Positions 14,080-22,522 of a stretch of DNA of 32,000 bases are shown here, in pieces. Origin of the DNA: Megasphaera elsdenii DSM 20460 (lineage in GTDB: Bacteria > Bacillota > Negativicutes > Veillonellales > Megasphaeraceae). Under the pieces are notes generated by a model, which made no database searches, was not told the DNA's origin, and saw nothing but the letters and a program-made list of their open reading frames with translations. The position numbers were made by a program, and so were the translations under genes. Numbering within the stretch: the stretch's first letter is position 1; each line of letters starts with the position of its first letter. The stretch is from assembly GCF_003010495.1 (NCBI RefSeq), contig NZ_CP027570.1, positions 1,620,001 to 1,652,000 of the forward strand, written 5' to 3'.

Positions 14080-14652
14080 ATGTTATCTTTGTCGCAAGCC
14101 TTGAAACGATGGAGCCGGGAGCCGGTCATCGGTACGACAGCAGACGAAATTGAAACCATGCGCTTTTACAGCCGGCAGGCGCAGAAGATTCTCATGGAAA
14201 TCAATACACAGTACCATGAACCGGAAGTACTGCGCCAACTTTTTTCACGGCTCATCGGCCGTCCTGTCGATGATACATTTGCCTTCTTTCCACCGTTTTA
14301 TACGGATTTTGGCAAGAATATCCATCTTGGCAAGAATGTCTTCTTCAATAGCGGCTGCAAGTTCCAGGACCAGGGAGGTATTTTCATCGGCGATAATGTC
14401 CTCATTGGACATAATGTTGTCCTAGCTACGCTCAATCATCATCCAGCCCCGGATAAACGGAGTGAGCTCATGCCGGGCCGGATCGTCCTGCATGAAGGCG
14501 TCTGGATTGGGGCTAATGCGACCATAACAGCTGGGGTCACTGTCGGTCGTTATGCCATCGTCGCAGCCGGTGCCGTCGTGAACCGGGACGTCCCACCGTA
14601 TACTGTCGTCGGCGGCGTACCGGCTCGCTTTATCAAAAACATTGAACAGTGA
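14080..14652 (+). CDS. Sugar (maltose/galactoside-type) O-acetyltransferase, left-handed beta-helix
   Basis: Hexapeptide repeats [15 protein letters not shown]...[46 protein letters not shown] and a Maa-like N-terminal domain. Confidence 0.85.
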   Translation: MLSLSQALKRWSREPVIGTTADEIETMRFYSRQAQKILMEINTQYHEPEVLRQLFSRLIGRPVDDTFAFFPPFYTDFGKNIHLGKNVFFNSGCKFQDQGGIFIGDNVLIGHNVVLATLNHHPAPDKRSELMPGRIVLHEGVWIGANATITAGVTVGRYAIVAAGAVVNRDVPPYTVVGGVPARFIKNIEQ

Positions 14653-14656
14653 GGTT

Positions 14657-15571
14657 TTATAGCTGGCGTATTTTTTCTGCCTCTTCCTTCAAGAGATGGA
14701 TGAATTGCTGGGTCCCTTTGGAGAATAATTGGAATCGTTTCCATACGATGAACAGGGTATCCTCCAACACCGGGTCCAAGAGGCGGAAGCAGAGCGCCGG
14801 GTCATAGGGTGGCACGTTGATGATTTTTTCCAACATGATGCAGGACCCCAGCCCTTCGCGGACCATGAGGGATGCATTATAGGCCAGATTGTAGGTTGCC
14901 TGGATGTTCAATTCGGCAAAGGGCTTTTTTATCCATGTCTGCAATTTATTGCCATGGCTGTTGGCTTGCAATACCTGCTGGGACAGGATGAGATTTTCCG
15001 ACCATAAATCTTGTGGCCGGATTGCCTCCCTGGCTGCCAGCGGGTGGCTGCGCTGCAAAAGAAGGCCCCAGTGATCGGTGTATGGGCAGGGCAGGACCTC
15101 ATATTTTTCCGTATCGACATGACCGTAGACGACGGCGATGTCGATGAGTCCTTTGTCGAGGGCTTCCATGATGGCCTGTCCATCGCCACTGGTAACGTGG
15201 AAATGGAGGTTCTTGTAGTGGCTTTGCAGTTTATGGGCAGTCTGCATGATGAAGCGGACACTGTCGGATTCAGCCGAACCGATGCGGATGTTTCCGTTTA
15301 GTTCCGTATCGTCACTGCGCAGTTCCTGTTCCGTATGGCTGGCTAAAGACAGGATTTCTTCAGCCCGCTTTTTCAGGAATAGGCCTTCCTCGGTGAGCGT
15401 AATGCGACGGGGGCCGCGGATCATCAGTTCTTTTCCCAGCATCTCTTCCATGTCACGCAACTGCCGTGACAGTGTCGGCTGGGACAAGTGCAGGGCTTCG
15501 GCTGCGTGGGTAATGCTTTCTTCTCGGGCGACGGTGAGAAAATAATTGAGTACCCGTAAATCTAACATCAT
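14657..15571 (-). CDS. LysR-family transcriptional regulator (paralog of 5650..6543)
   Basis: MMLDLRVLNYFLTVAREESITHAAEALHLSQPTLSRQL. ATG 15571 is preferred because the track extension to 15673 runs through the upstream pseudogene. It is convergent with the acetyltransferase, only 4 bp apart. Confidence 0.9.
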   Translation of the reverse strand: MMLDLRVLNYFLTVAREESITHAAEALHLSQPTLSRQLRDMEEMLGKELMIRGPRRITLTEEGLFLKKRAEEILSLASHTEQELRSDDTELNGNIRIGSAESDSVRFIMQTAHKLQSHYKNLHFHVTSGDGQAIMEALDKGLIDIAVVYGHVDTEKYEVLPCPYTDHWGLLLQRSHPLAAREAIRPQDLWSENLILSQQVLQANSHGNKLQTWIKKPFAELNIQATYNLAYNASLMVREGLGSCIMLEKIINVPPYDPALCFRLLDPVLEDTLFIVWKRFQLFSKGTQQFIHLLKEEAEKIRQL

Positions 15572-15573
15572 TA

Positions 15574-15759
15574 TCAATCCTTTCCTGGTAGATGAATCTC
15601 TTCTTTCAGGCCTTTCAAAAAGGCTTCGCACGTCGGCGACAGGAGCTGGTGTTTTTTCCAGGCTGCGAGACATGAGACGGTGACGGCTATATTCGCCGCA
15701 CCGGTCATATTCTGTTCCCTGGCGACGGCCAGGAAGTATTGCAGGGTCCGTATTTCCAT
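15574..15759 (-). pseudogene. Internally deleted LysR-family gene remnant (N-terminal about 23 aa fused in frame to C-terminal about 35 aa)
   Basis: MEIRTLQYFLAVAREQNMTGAAN... + ...VSCLAAWKKHQLLSPTCEAFLKGLKEE aligns to both ends of LysR 5650..6543 (MELRTLHYFLAVAREENMTEAAN / VSSLVAWKKYRLLSRSCEAFLEAL). DNA identity in both parts is visible by eye and includes an identical 14-mer, aaaggcttcgcacg. Confidence 0.7.
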
Positions 15760-15937
15760 GATGTCACTCCTATAGGCTGATTTTTCTTTAGTATACGCCT
15801 TTTGGAAGGGCCTTACAATAAAGGTGTCATATCATAAATGACATGGAACTGTAACCGTTCTTGAGTTGTTGTTTGTCCTTCTCCGGAGTATAATAAATCG
15901 TACTTTCTGATTTGTTTCTTCGGGGGAGGATTTTTTT

Positions 15938-16969
15938 ATGGATTACATTGTCAATACGTTTACTTATGAGCTGGAACACGGCGGGCCGCACGTGCATTTC
16001 CTGGCCTTTATTTTATTTATCATCATCGGCATCGCCATCCTGCACGGCGTCTTCCGGGGCGTCATCGAGGTATTGAGCCGCGTGACGAAAGTCCCGCGGG
16101 ACAGCTGGCGCAATGTCTTCCGCTTCATGCCGACCCTGCTGGGCATCCTCCTGGGAATCCGTCTGACCAAGGATATCCTCAATCTGCCCGATTTCGTCCA
16201 GCATATCTTGTCCTATCATTATCACAGTGTCGTCATCATTACGGTGACTTTCTTCTGCGCCCACACGGTCTCGTCTTTCTTGAAAGATAAATTATCCAAG
16301 AGCGGCGATAAGGCGGCGACGACGTCTATCTTGACGACGGTCGTCGATTTGTGCGTCTATCTGATGGGCGTCCTCTTCATCCTCAGTTCCTACGGTATCT
16401 CCATTTCGCCGCTCCTGACGGCCCTCGGCGCCGGCGGCCTGGCATCGGCCCTGGCCTTGCAGGATACGCTGGCCAACCTCTTTTCTGGCATTACGACCCT
16501 CGTATCGAAACAGGTACACATGGGCGATTACATCCGGCTGGCCAGTGGGGAAGCGGGCCGTGTCGTCGACATGAACTGGCGCAATACGACCATCCGCACG
16601 GCGACGGGGAACATGGTCATCGTCCCCAACAAGAGCATCGCCACGGCGACGCTGACCAACTATGAACAGCCTTTGGCAGAATGTACCATTTCCATTCCCT
16701 TGACCATTACTTATGACAACGACTTGCAGCACGTCGAAGACGTCACCCTCGGCGTGGCCCGCCATATCCTGGATCACAGCGAATACGGCGTCACCGGCTT
16801 CGAGCCCCTCGTCCGCTATGACCAGATGGGGGAATACGGCATTTCCTTCAAAGTCGTCCTGCGTATCCGCAACATCGTCGACGAAGCCGTCCTCAAACAT
16901 CAGTTCATCAAACGGATTTATACGACCTATAAGAAAGAAAATATCCAGCTCCTCATCCGCCATGACTGA
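15938..16969 (+). CDS. Mechanosensitive ion channel (MscS) family protein
   Basis: Multiple N-terminal TM helices and the MscS pore/beta-domain signature LALQDTLANLFSGITTLVSKQVHMGDYIRL...GRVVDMNWRNTTIRT. Confidence 0.85.
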   Translation: MDYIVNTFTYELEHGGPHVHFLAFILFIIIGIAILHGVFRGVIEVLSRVTKVPRDSWRNVFRFMPTLLGILLGIRLTKDILNLPDFVQHILSYHYHSVVIITVTFFCAHTVSSFLKDKLSKSGDKAATTSILTTVVDLCVYLMGVLFILSSYGISISPLLTALGAGGLASALALQDTLANLFSGITTLVSKQVHMGDYIRLASGEAGRVVDMNWRNTTIRTATGNMVIVPNKSIATATLTNYEQPLAECTISIPLTITYDNDLQHVEDVTLGVARHILDHSEYGVTGFEPLVRYDQMGEYGISFKVVLRIRNIVDEAVLKHQFIKRIYTTYKKENIQLLIRHD

Positions 16970-17115
16970 GCAGGGGGACTCTGGTATGACGGTTTCTGCC
17001 ATCATACGAGGTCTCTTTCTCTTTAATGTTTGAGGTTTGATGTATGATGTTTGAAGCGATGGCTTTTAAATTTTGTTCCATCCACATCAAACTTTCAACT
17101 TCAAACTTCAAACTC

Positions 17116-17150
17116 AAAAAGGCGCTGTCTTCATGCGACAGCGCCTTTTT
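17116..17150 (+). terminator. Rho-independent terminator after mscS
   Basis: aaaaa-ggcgctgtc-ttcatgc-gacagcgcc-ttttt. Confidence 0.8.
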
Positions 17151-17201
17151 ATGTGTTATACTGAGAAGGAGAATACTACAAAAGAACGAGGTAATCAGAT
17201 T

Positions 17202-18575
17202 ATGGAACGTAAACAAAACAAGGGCCGCCGCGGCATGGATATGCTGCACGGTTCTATTGCTGATAAGCTGTTCTTCTTTGCCATGCCTATCGGGCTTATG
17301 GGTTTGTTTGAACAGCTTTTTAATAGTGCCGATGTCTTTATCTTGGGCCGCTTCGTCGGCAAGAGCGCCATGGCCGCTGTCGGCAATAATATGCCTGTCA
17401 TCGGCATCCTGGTGACCCTGCTCATGGGGATTTCCCTGGGGGCCAATGTCACTATCGCCCAGTATCTCGGCGCCCGCCGCGATGATAAAGTGGAACGGAC
17501 GGTCCAGACGGCGATTTTGATGTCCTTCGGCTTGGGCGTTTTGCTGGCCATCATTGGCGAACTCATCGTCTATCCGGCCTTCTGGGTCCTGGAAGTGCCG
17601 CCAGACGTCTATGACATGGCCGAACAGTATCTGCGCATTTTCCTGCTGGGCCTGCCGTTTTTGTCGCTGTATAACTTTGAAGCGGCCATCTTCCGCAGCT
17701 GCGGCGACGGCAAGACGCCGTTATACAGCCTGATTGCCGCCAATCTGGTCAATATCGTCTTCGACCTGTTGTCGGTACTGGTCTTCGATTTTGGCCTGGC
17801 CGGTGTCGTCTGGGCGACGGTCCTTGCCTTTGCCGTCAACTCGCTCATCCTCCTGGCCCTGCTGTGCCGGACGACGGACCGCATCCGCCTGGAACGCCAC
17901 CACATGCGCTTTTCCCAGGAAGAATTGCACCATATCATCCATATTGGCCTGCCCGCCGGTATCCAGGGCATGGTCTTTGCCCTGTCCAACGTCCTCATCC
18001 AGTCGGCCCTCAACAGCCTGGGGACAGAAGCCATGGCGGCGTCGGCTGCGGCTTTCATCATCGAAGGCAATATCTACTGCTTCGTCAACGGTTTCAGCCA
18101 GGCCACGACGACTTTCGTCGGCCAGAACTATGGCGCCCGCAACTTGCGCCGCTGTTTCCGCATTACGAAAGTCGCCTTCGGCGTTGAAGCGGCCTTTCTC
18201 CTAGCCGTCACCGTGCCGGTTCTCTTTTTTTCGCCAGAACTCATCCGCCTGTTCAACGGCGACCCGAACGTCGTCGCCTTGGGGACGAAACGCCTCTTTT
18301 ACGTCGCCGGGACCTTATATCTCAACGGCATCATCGACATCATTTCCGGCTCCCTGCGCGGCTATGGCTATTCCCTGCCGCCGGCTGTTGTCGTCCTGGC
18401 CGGCATCTGCGGCGTCCGCATCACCTGGCTGTACACCGTATTTGCGGCTCACCGCGACTTCCTGGTCCTCATGGCGGCCTACCCGGCCAGCTGGCTGGTC
18501 ACGGCCATCGTCCTGACCTTCGTCTACCAGTCCTGCCGCAAACACATCGTACGGGGCCTGCTGAGTGAGCGGTAG
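17202..18575 (+). CDS. MATE-family efflux transporter
   Basis: MERKQNKGRRGMDMLHGSIADKLFFFAMPIGLMGLFEQLFNSADVFILGRFVG is a MATE N-terminal signature, with about 12 TM segments. The internal ATG 17202 is preferred because the track ORF start 17073 lies inside the upstream terminator region. Confidence 0.9.
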   Translation: MERKQNKGRRGMDMLHGSIADKLFFFAMPIGLMGLFEQLFNSADVFILGRFVGKSAMAAVGNNMPVIGILVTLLMGISLGANVTIAQYLGARRDDKVERTVQTAILMSFGLGVLLAIIGELIVYPAFWVLEVPPDVYDMAEQYLRIFLLGLPFLSLYNFEAAIFRSCGDGKTPLYSLIAANLVNIVFDLLSVLVFDFGLAGVVWATVLAFAVNSLILLALLCRTTDRIRLERHHMRFSQEELHHIIHIGLPAGIQGMVFALSNVLIQSALNSLGTEAMAASAAAFIIEGNIYCFVNGFSQATTTFVGQNYGARNLRRCFRITKVAFGVEAAFLLAVTVPVLFFSPELIRLFNGDPNVVALGTKRLFYVAGTLYLNGIIDIISGSLRGYGYSLPPAVVVLAGICGVRITWLYTVFAAHRDFLVLMAAYPASWLVTAIVLTFVYQSCRKHIVRGLLSER

Positions 18576-18640
18576 CCGCTAGCCTCTACCCCCTAGCCCC
18601 TAGCTACGAGCCACTAACTGCTAACTCCTCAAGTGATGAG
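18576..18640. repeat. Repeat-family copy R5 (CA-rich orientation)
   Basis: ccgctagcctctaccccctagcccctagctacgagccactaactgctaactcc. Positions 18611-18625 are the exact reverse complement of 30592-30606 (R7), and acgagccac and ctaact words are shared with R7 and R3. Confidence 0.5.
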
Positions 18641-18657
18641 ATGCAATCAGCCTACAC

Positions 18658-18686
18658 TTGATTAGTAACATCCACTATGCTATAAT
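18658..18686 (+). promoter_or_regulatory. Sigma-70-type promoter for rseC
   Basis: TTGATT (18658-18663), a 17-nt spacer, then TATAAT (18681-18686). Confidence 0.55.
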
Positions 18687-18738
18687 TAACGTAACGAATA
18701 ATTATTATTGATTACCGGTTTGAAAGGGGGCATAGGAT

Positions 18739-19173
18739 ATGCGTTTTGGTGAAGGTTTTGTCGAAGAAATAAAGGAAAATGGCTTGGCGAAAGTACGGGT
18801 CAGCCGCGATTCGCTCTATGTAGCCTGCAGCGTCTGCGCCGCAGCGGATCACGTCAAACTCCTGGCTTATAATTCCATCGGTGCTGCCGAAGGCGACCAC
18901 GTCCGCTATGAAGTCGATGACTCGCACCTCATTTCCGGTGCCTTTGTCTGCTTCATCCTGCCCGTAGTCATGCTCCTCGTCGTAGCGCTCTTAGGCTATC
19001 TCCTCGTCGGCCACAGCGCCGGAGCTATCGTCGGCGGCATTGCCGGACTCATCGTCTCGGCCCTGGCTGTGCGGAAGTATGACCGCTCCCTGAGCCGTAT
19101 AATTGATACCAAAGCCAACATCCTCAGCGTCATCGTCGATGAGGAAGAAGAGAAGGAAGAGAACAGAACTTAA
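18739..19173 (+). CDS. rseC: SoxR-reducing-system RseC-family protein
   Basis: 144 aa. The N-terminal domain has CSVCAAADH, followed by two TM helices, RKYDRSLSR and an acidic tail. Confidence 0.75.
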   Translation: MRFGEGFVEEIKENGLAKVRVSRDSLYVACSVCAAADHVKLLAYNSIGAAEGDHVRYEVDDSHLISGAFVCFILPVVMLLVVALLGYLLVGHSAGAIVGGIAGLIVSALAVRKYDRSLSRIIDTKANILSVIVDEEEEKEENRT

Positions 19174-19286
19174 ACTTTGGAATGAAATCCTAATTCACGA
19201 TATTATTGGTTAAACATTGGAAAACATTCTGGACTTTTTGCATTGTGAAGTCATAACTGCATAGTGAAGAGATGTAGACGAAAGAT

Positions 19287-19318
19287 GTCGATAGTGTAAT
19301 AACTATCGGCGTTTTTTT
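19287..19318 (+). terminator. Rho-independent terminator about 115 nt downstream of the rseC stop
   Basis: Stem gtcgatagt / actatcggc (9 bp including one wobble), a 6-nt loop, then GTTTTTTT. Confidence 0.7.
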
Positions 19319-19420
19319 GTTTATAAACGGCAAATCATAAGCTAATTATCGAACTTTTAAATGTAATTACTTGCTGTTTATGACCCGCTATAACTTTTGT
19401 CTCAATAGCATGAATGGCTT

Positions 19421-19557
19421 AACCAACGCGACGAGAAGCGACGGGAACAGACGCGCGAACGGGTACAGCGCTACCGTGAGAAGCATCGCCATCGGAGAAA
19501 CAACCGCTAGTATCCATCTGAGACAGTGAATTGGAGACGCAGGCCGCAGACTGAGCC
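19421..19557. repeat. Repeat-family copy R6 (purine/C-rich orientation)
   Basis: cgcgacgagaagcgacgggaacagacgcgcgaacggg...gcatcgcc...atccatctgag (an 11-mer identical to 8295-8305)...ggagacgcaggccgcagactgagcc. Confidence 0.45.
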
Positions 19558-19636
19558 TTTCTTTTGTCCGGCAATTCCCCTATACTATAGATATAATATA
19601 AGGGAATTTTTTTACATTTGGAAAGGGGGAGCGGCT

Positions 19637-21295
19637 ATGCAAGGCCTGCCGATTGGTATTGACGATTTTGCCAAAGTCCGTGAGGGAAATTATTATTTTG
19701 TCGACAAGACCCTGGCTATACGGGATTTCCTCGATAATCATGGGGAAGTGCTGCTGCTGACGCGGCCGCGCCGTTTTGGCAAGACGCTGTTCTTGTCCAT
19801 GTTCTATTATTTTTTTGCCGCTGACCTGGAACAGGATTACCGGAAGCTCTTTCGCGGCCTGGCTATTGAAAGGGCTGGCGAACGGTATATGGCGGAGCAG
19901 GGGAAGCGGCCTGTCCTTTTCCTGTCCCTGAAGGATGTCAGGCACCGGACTTGGTCGGATATGGTGGAAAAATTCCGATTTCTCCTCAGTGATTTATATG
20001 ACCAATACGCTTATCTCATGGAAGTCCCTGGCTTTTCACGAGCTGAACGGCGGTATTTTCAGCGCATCCATGACGGGCTGGCATCACCTGTCGAGATGGA
20101 AGAGGCCTTGCGCCGCTTGATGGACATGATGAAGCGTTATCATCAGCAGCCGGTAGTCCTCTTGTTGGATGAGTACGACATCCCGGTCCAGCAGGCCTGG
20201 GAGCACGGTTTTTATGATGAATGCATGGCTTTCATGCGGAATTTCCTCAACCCTGCCCTGAAGACGAATCCGTCTTTGGATTTTGCTGTGGTGACAGGCG
20301 TCCTGCGGATTGCCAAGGAAAGTATTTTCAGCGGCTTGAATAATCTGGAAGTCAGCAGTGTCATCAACGGGACCTATGCCGATTGGATCGGTTTCACGCC
20401 CGAAGAAGTACGGGTCCTGGCCCGTGCGCAGCAGCAGGACAAGGCCCTGCCTGTCCTGCGTGACTGGTATGATGGCTATTGTTTTGGCAGCCAGGAAATC
20501 TATAATCCCTGGTCGGTCTTGTGCTTTTTCAAGGCACAAGGCCAGCCGCAGCCTTATTGGGGTCATACGTCAGGCAATGTCCTGCTGGGGGAATTGTTGA
20601 AACAGACTGATTCGGTCCAGGAAGACAACTTACTGCGCCTTATCCAGGGAGAGTGCGTAACAGCCGTCCTTACGGAAAATACGATTTATCCGGAAGTTAC
20701 GGATAATCCCGATGCGTTATATACGATTCTCGTGCTGGCAGGGTATTTGAAAATCGTGTCCCGCCGGTTGGTCATCGACACCTGGGTGTACGTCCTGGCC
20801 ATTCCCAATCGGGAAGTCCGCAGCATTTACCGCAATGAAATCCTGAGCCGCCTGAGTCCGGGTAGGACGACATCATATCTAATGACAACCATGGAAAGCC
20901 TCATGGCGGGGAATGGTACTGCCTTTACCAAAGGTTTACAGGATATCCTGATGAAAGTGGCCAGTGTGTATGATACGGCCAACCGGGAAAGTTTTTATCA
21001 TGGCTTGTTATTAGGGATGACGACGCTCCTGGTTCCGGAATATGAAGTCAAATCGAACCGGGAAAGCGGCTTAGGGCGATATGACTTGGCAATTTATCCA
21101 ACTCATGAAGGACAATGCGGCGTCATTTTGGAATTTAAAGCGGCAGGTTCTTCGGACGAACTGCTGAAAAAAGCGCAGGAAGCCCGCCGTCAGATTGATG
21201 AAAAAGGCTATGAAACCGATTTCAAGGCCCGGGGCGTTACGAAAGTCTTGAAATACGGTATCGCTTTTTACGGGAAACGAGTCGTCTTAGTGTAA
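19637..21295 (+). CDS. Predicted AAA-ATPase (AAA-ATPase_like/DUF1703) with a C-terminal PD-(D/E)XK nuclease domain (PDDEXK_9-like)
   Basis: MQGLPIGIDDFAKVREGNYYFVDKTLAIRDFL...LLTRPRRFGKTLFLS (Walker-A-like) and C-terminal GLGRYDLAIYP...GVILEFKAA (D...ExK). ATG 19637 has RBS gaaaggggga, and the track start 19526 is over-extended. Confidence 0.8.
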   Translation: MQGLPIGIDDFAKVREGNYYFVDKTLAIRDFLDNHGEVLLLTRPRRFGKTLFLSMFYYFFAADLEQDYRKLFRGLAIERAGERYMAEQGKRPVLFLSLKDVRHRTWSDMVEKFRFLLSDLYDQYAYLMEVPGFSRAERRYFQRIHDGLASPVEMEEALRRLMDMMKRYHQQPVVLLLDEYDIPVQQAWEHGFYDECMAFMRNFLNPALKTNPSLDFAVVTGVLRIAKESIFSGLNNLEVSSVINGTYADWIGFTPEEVRVLARAQQQDKALPVLRDWYDGYCFGSQEIYNPWSVLCFFKAQGQPQPYWGHTSGNVLLGELLKQTDSVQEDNLLRLIQGECVTAVLTENTIYPEVTDNPDALYTILVLAGYLKIVSRRLVIDTWVYVLAIPNREVRSIYRNEILSRLSPGRTTSYLMTTMESLMAGNGTAFTKGLQDILMKVASVYDTANRESFYHGLLLGMTTLLVPEYEVKSNRESGLGRYDLAIYPTHEGQCGVILEFKAAGSSDELLKKAQEARRQIDEKGYETDFKARGVTKVLKYGIAFYGKRVVLV

Positions 21296-21305
21296 ATTTT
21301 GAGTC

Positions 21306-21352
21306 AAAGAGGCTGGAGACAAAGGGGAAAATCTTTGTGCAACAGCCTCTTT
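21306..21352 (+). terminator. Possible two-tier hairpin terminator after the AAA-ATPase gene
   Basis: Outer stem aaagaggctg / cagcctcttt, inner stem acaaag / ctttgt. The T-tract is weak. Confidence 0.35.
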
Positions 21353-21354
21353 CA

Positions 21355-21363
21355 TGGTATAAT
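21355..21363 (+). promoter_or_regulatory. Extended -10 element TGGTATAAT upstream of ruvC
   Basis: A TGnTATAAT match lies about 55 nt upstream of ATG 21417. Confidence 0.45.
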
Positions 21364-21416
21364 GAACATTAGTCTATTTATTTCTATTATGTAAGGTATA
21401 AAGGGAGGCAGAGAAG

Positions 21417-21917
21417 ATGCGGGCAATGGGAATCGACCCGGGGACGGCTATCTGCGGCTTTGGCGTCATCGATGCCGACGGCAGCCGCTTGAAGCCCGTG
21501 ACCTATGGGACTATCCAGACGACACCGGACCATACCGATGCAGAACGGCTGGTCATGCTCTTCGACGGCCTCAATGAACTCTATCGTAAATATAAGCCCG
21601 ACGTCATCGGCGTCGAGCAGCTCTTTTTCAACCGCAACGTCACGACGGCCATCACCGTCGGCCAGGCGCGGGGCATCATCCTCTTGACGGCCCAGCAGGC
21701 GGGCATCCCTATCCTGGAATTTTCGCCGCTCCAGGTCAAGCAGGGCGTCACCGGTTATGGCCGGGCGACGAAGGACCAGGTCATCGACATGACCATGCGT
21801 CTCCTCGGCATCCGCCAGAAAATCAAGCCCGACGATGCGGCCGACGGCCTGGCCATGGCCATTTACGCGATTTATTCCAGTCATTCTATGAGTCTGAAAA
21901 GGAAGGTGCAGTTATGA
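21417..21917 (+). CDS. ruvC: Crossover junction endodeoxyribonuclease RuvC
   Basis: MRAMGIDPGTAICGFGVID...GVEQLFFNRNVTTAITVGQARG...DAADGLAMAI are RuvC catalytic motifs. The stop overlaps the ruvA start. Confidence 0.95.
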   Translation: MRAMGIDPGTAICGFGVIDADGSRLKPVTYGTIQTTPDHTDAERLVMLFDGLNELYRKYKPDVIGVEQLFFNRNVTTAITVGQARGIILLTAQQAGIPILEFSPLQVKQGVTGYGRATKDQVIDMTMRLLGIRQKIKPDDAADGLAMAIYAIYSSHSMSLKRKVQL

Positions 21918-22519
21918 TCGGATATCTGAAAGGCGTGATCAGCCACCTCTTCGTCAATTCCTGCTTCATCGACGTCCACGGTGTCGGCTACCGGGCTTAT
22001 GCACCGGCTTCGACACTGGACACGCTCTGTGTCGGTCAGGAAGCCATGCTCTATACGTACATGAGCGTCCGCGAAGACGCCATCGTCTTATACGGCTTTG
22101 CTACGCAGGATGAATACGATTTGTTCATGCTCCTCATCGGCGTCAACGGCGTCGGCCCGAAAGTGGCCCTGGGCATCCTCAGTGCCGGCACGGCCGACAG
22201 TTTCCGCCTGGCCGTCCATCAGAAGGACATCAAAGGTTTGACCAAGATGCCCGGTATCGGCAAGAAGACGGCCGAACGCATCGTTCTGGAATTACAGGAT
22301 AAAATCGGCCCCGTCGCCGGCGGAGAAGCGGCAGCTGTTGAGGGCGGTTCGTCTTCGGCAGGCTTGTCGGGTATCCTGGCGGAAACCCTGGCGGCCCTGA
22401 CCAGTCTCGGCTACAGCGAACAGGAAGTCCTGCCCGTCGCCGAATCGCACCTGGCCGGCTGCACGACAGTGGAACAGCTGCTGAAAGAGACGCTGAAGGC
22501 CTTGGGGAGCGGGAGGTAA
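21914..22519 (+). CDS. ruvA: Holliday junction branch migration complex subunit RuvA
   Basis: MIGYLKG...VGYRAY...LIGVNGVGPKVALGILS...LTKMPGIGKKTAERIVLEL (HhH motifs). Confidence 0.95.
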   Translation: MIGYLKGVISHLFVNSCFIDVHGVGYRAYAPASTLDTLCVGQEAMLYTYMSVREDAIVLYGFATQDEYDLFMLLIGVNGVGPKVALGILSAGTADSFRLAVHQKDIKGLTKMPGIGKKTAERIVLELQDKIGPVAGGEAAAVEGGSSSAGLSGILAETLAALTSLGYSEQEVLPVAESHLAGCTTVEQLLKETLKALGSGR

Positions 22520-22522
22520 GCC

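Noticed and set aside
14650-14659. Convergent acetyltransferase and LysR genes separated by only 4 bp with no terminator, considered as a possible antisense-regulation module.
   Set aside because: Tight convergent packing is common, and nothing in the sequence (no hairpin, no conserved motif) supports a specific mechanism.
15772-15800. ATAGGC... sequence upstream of the LysR remnant considered as a fifth copy of the shared operator.
   Set aside because: Only the first 6 nt match, and the spacing to the nearest -10-like hexamer (TATAC at about 15792) differs from the other sites.
19321-19350. ACGGCAAAT / ATAAGC similarity to the tttgccgtacg blocks at 10081 and 10892 and to the operator motif.
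   Set aside because: The matches are 8-9 nt in AT-rich context and in inconsistent order or orientation, which is compatible with chance.
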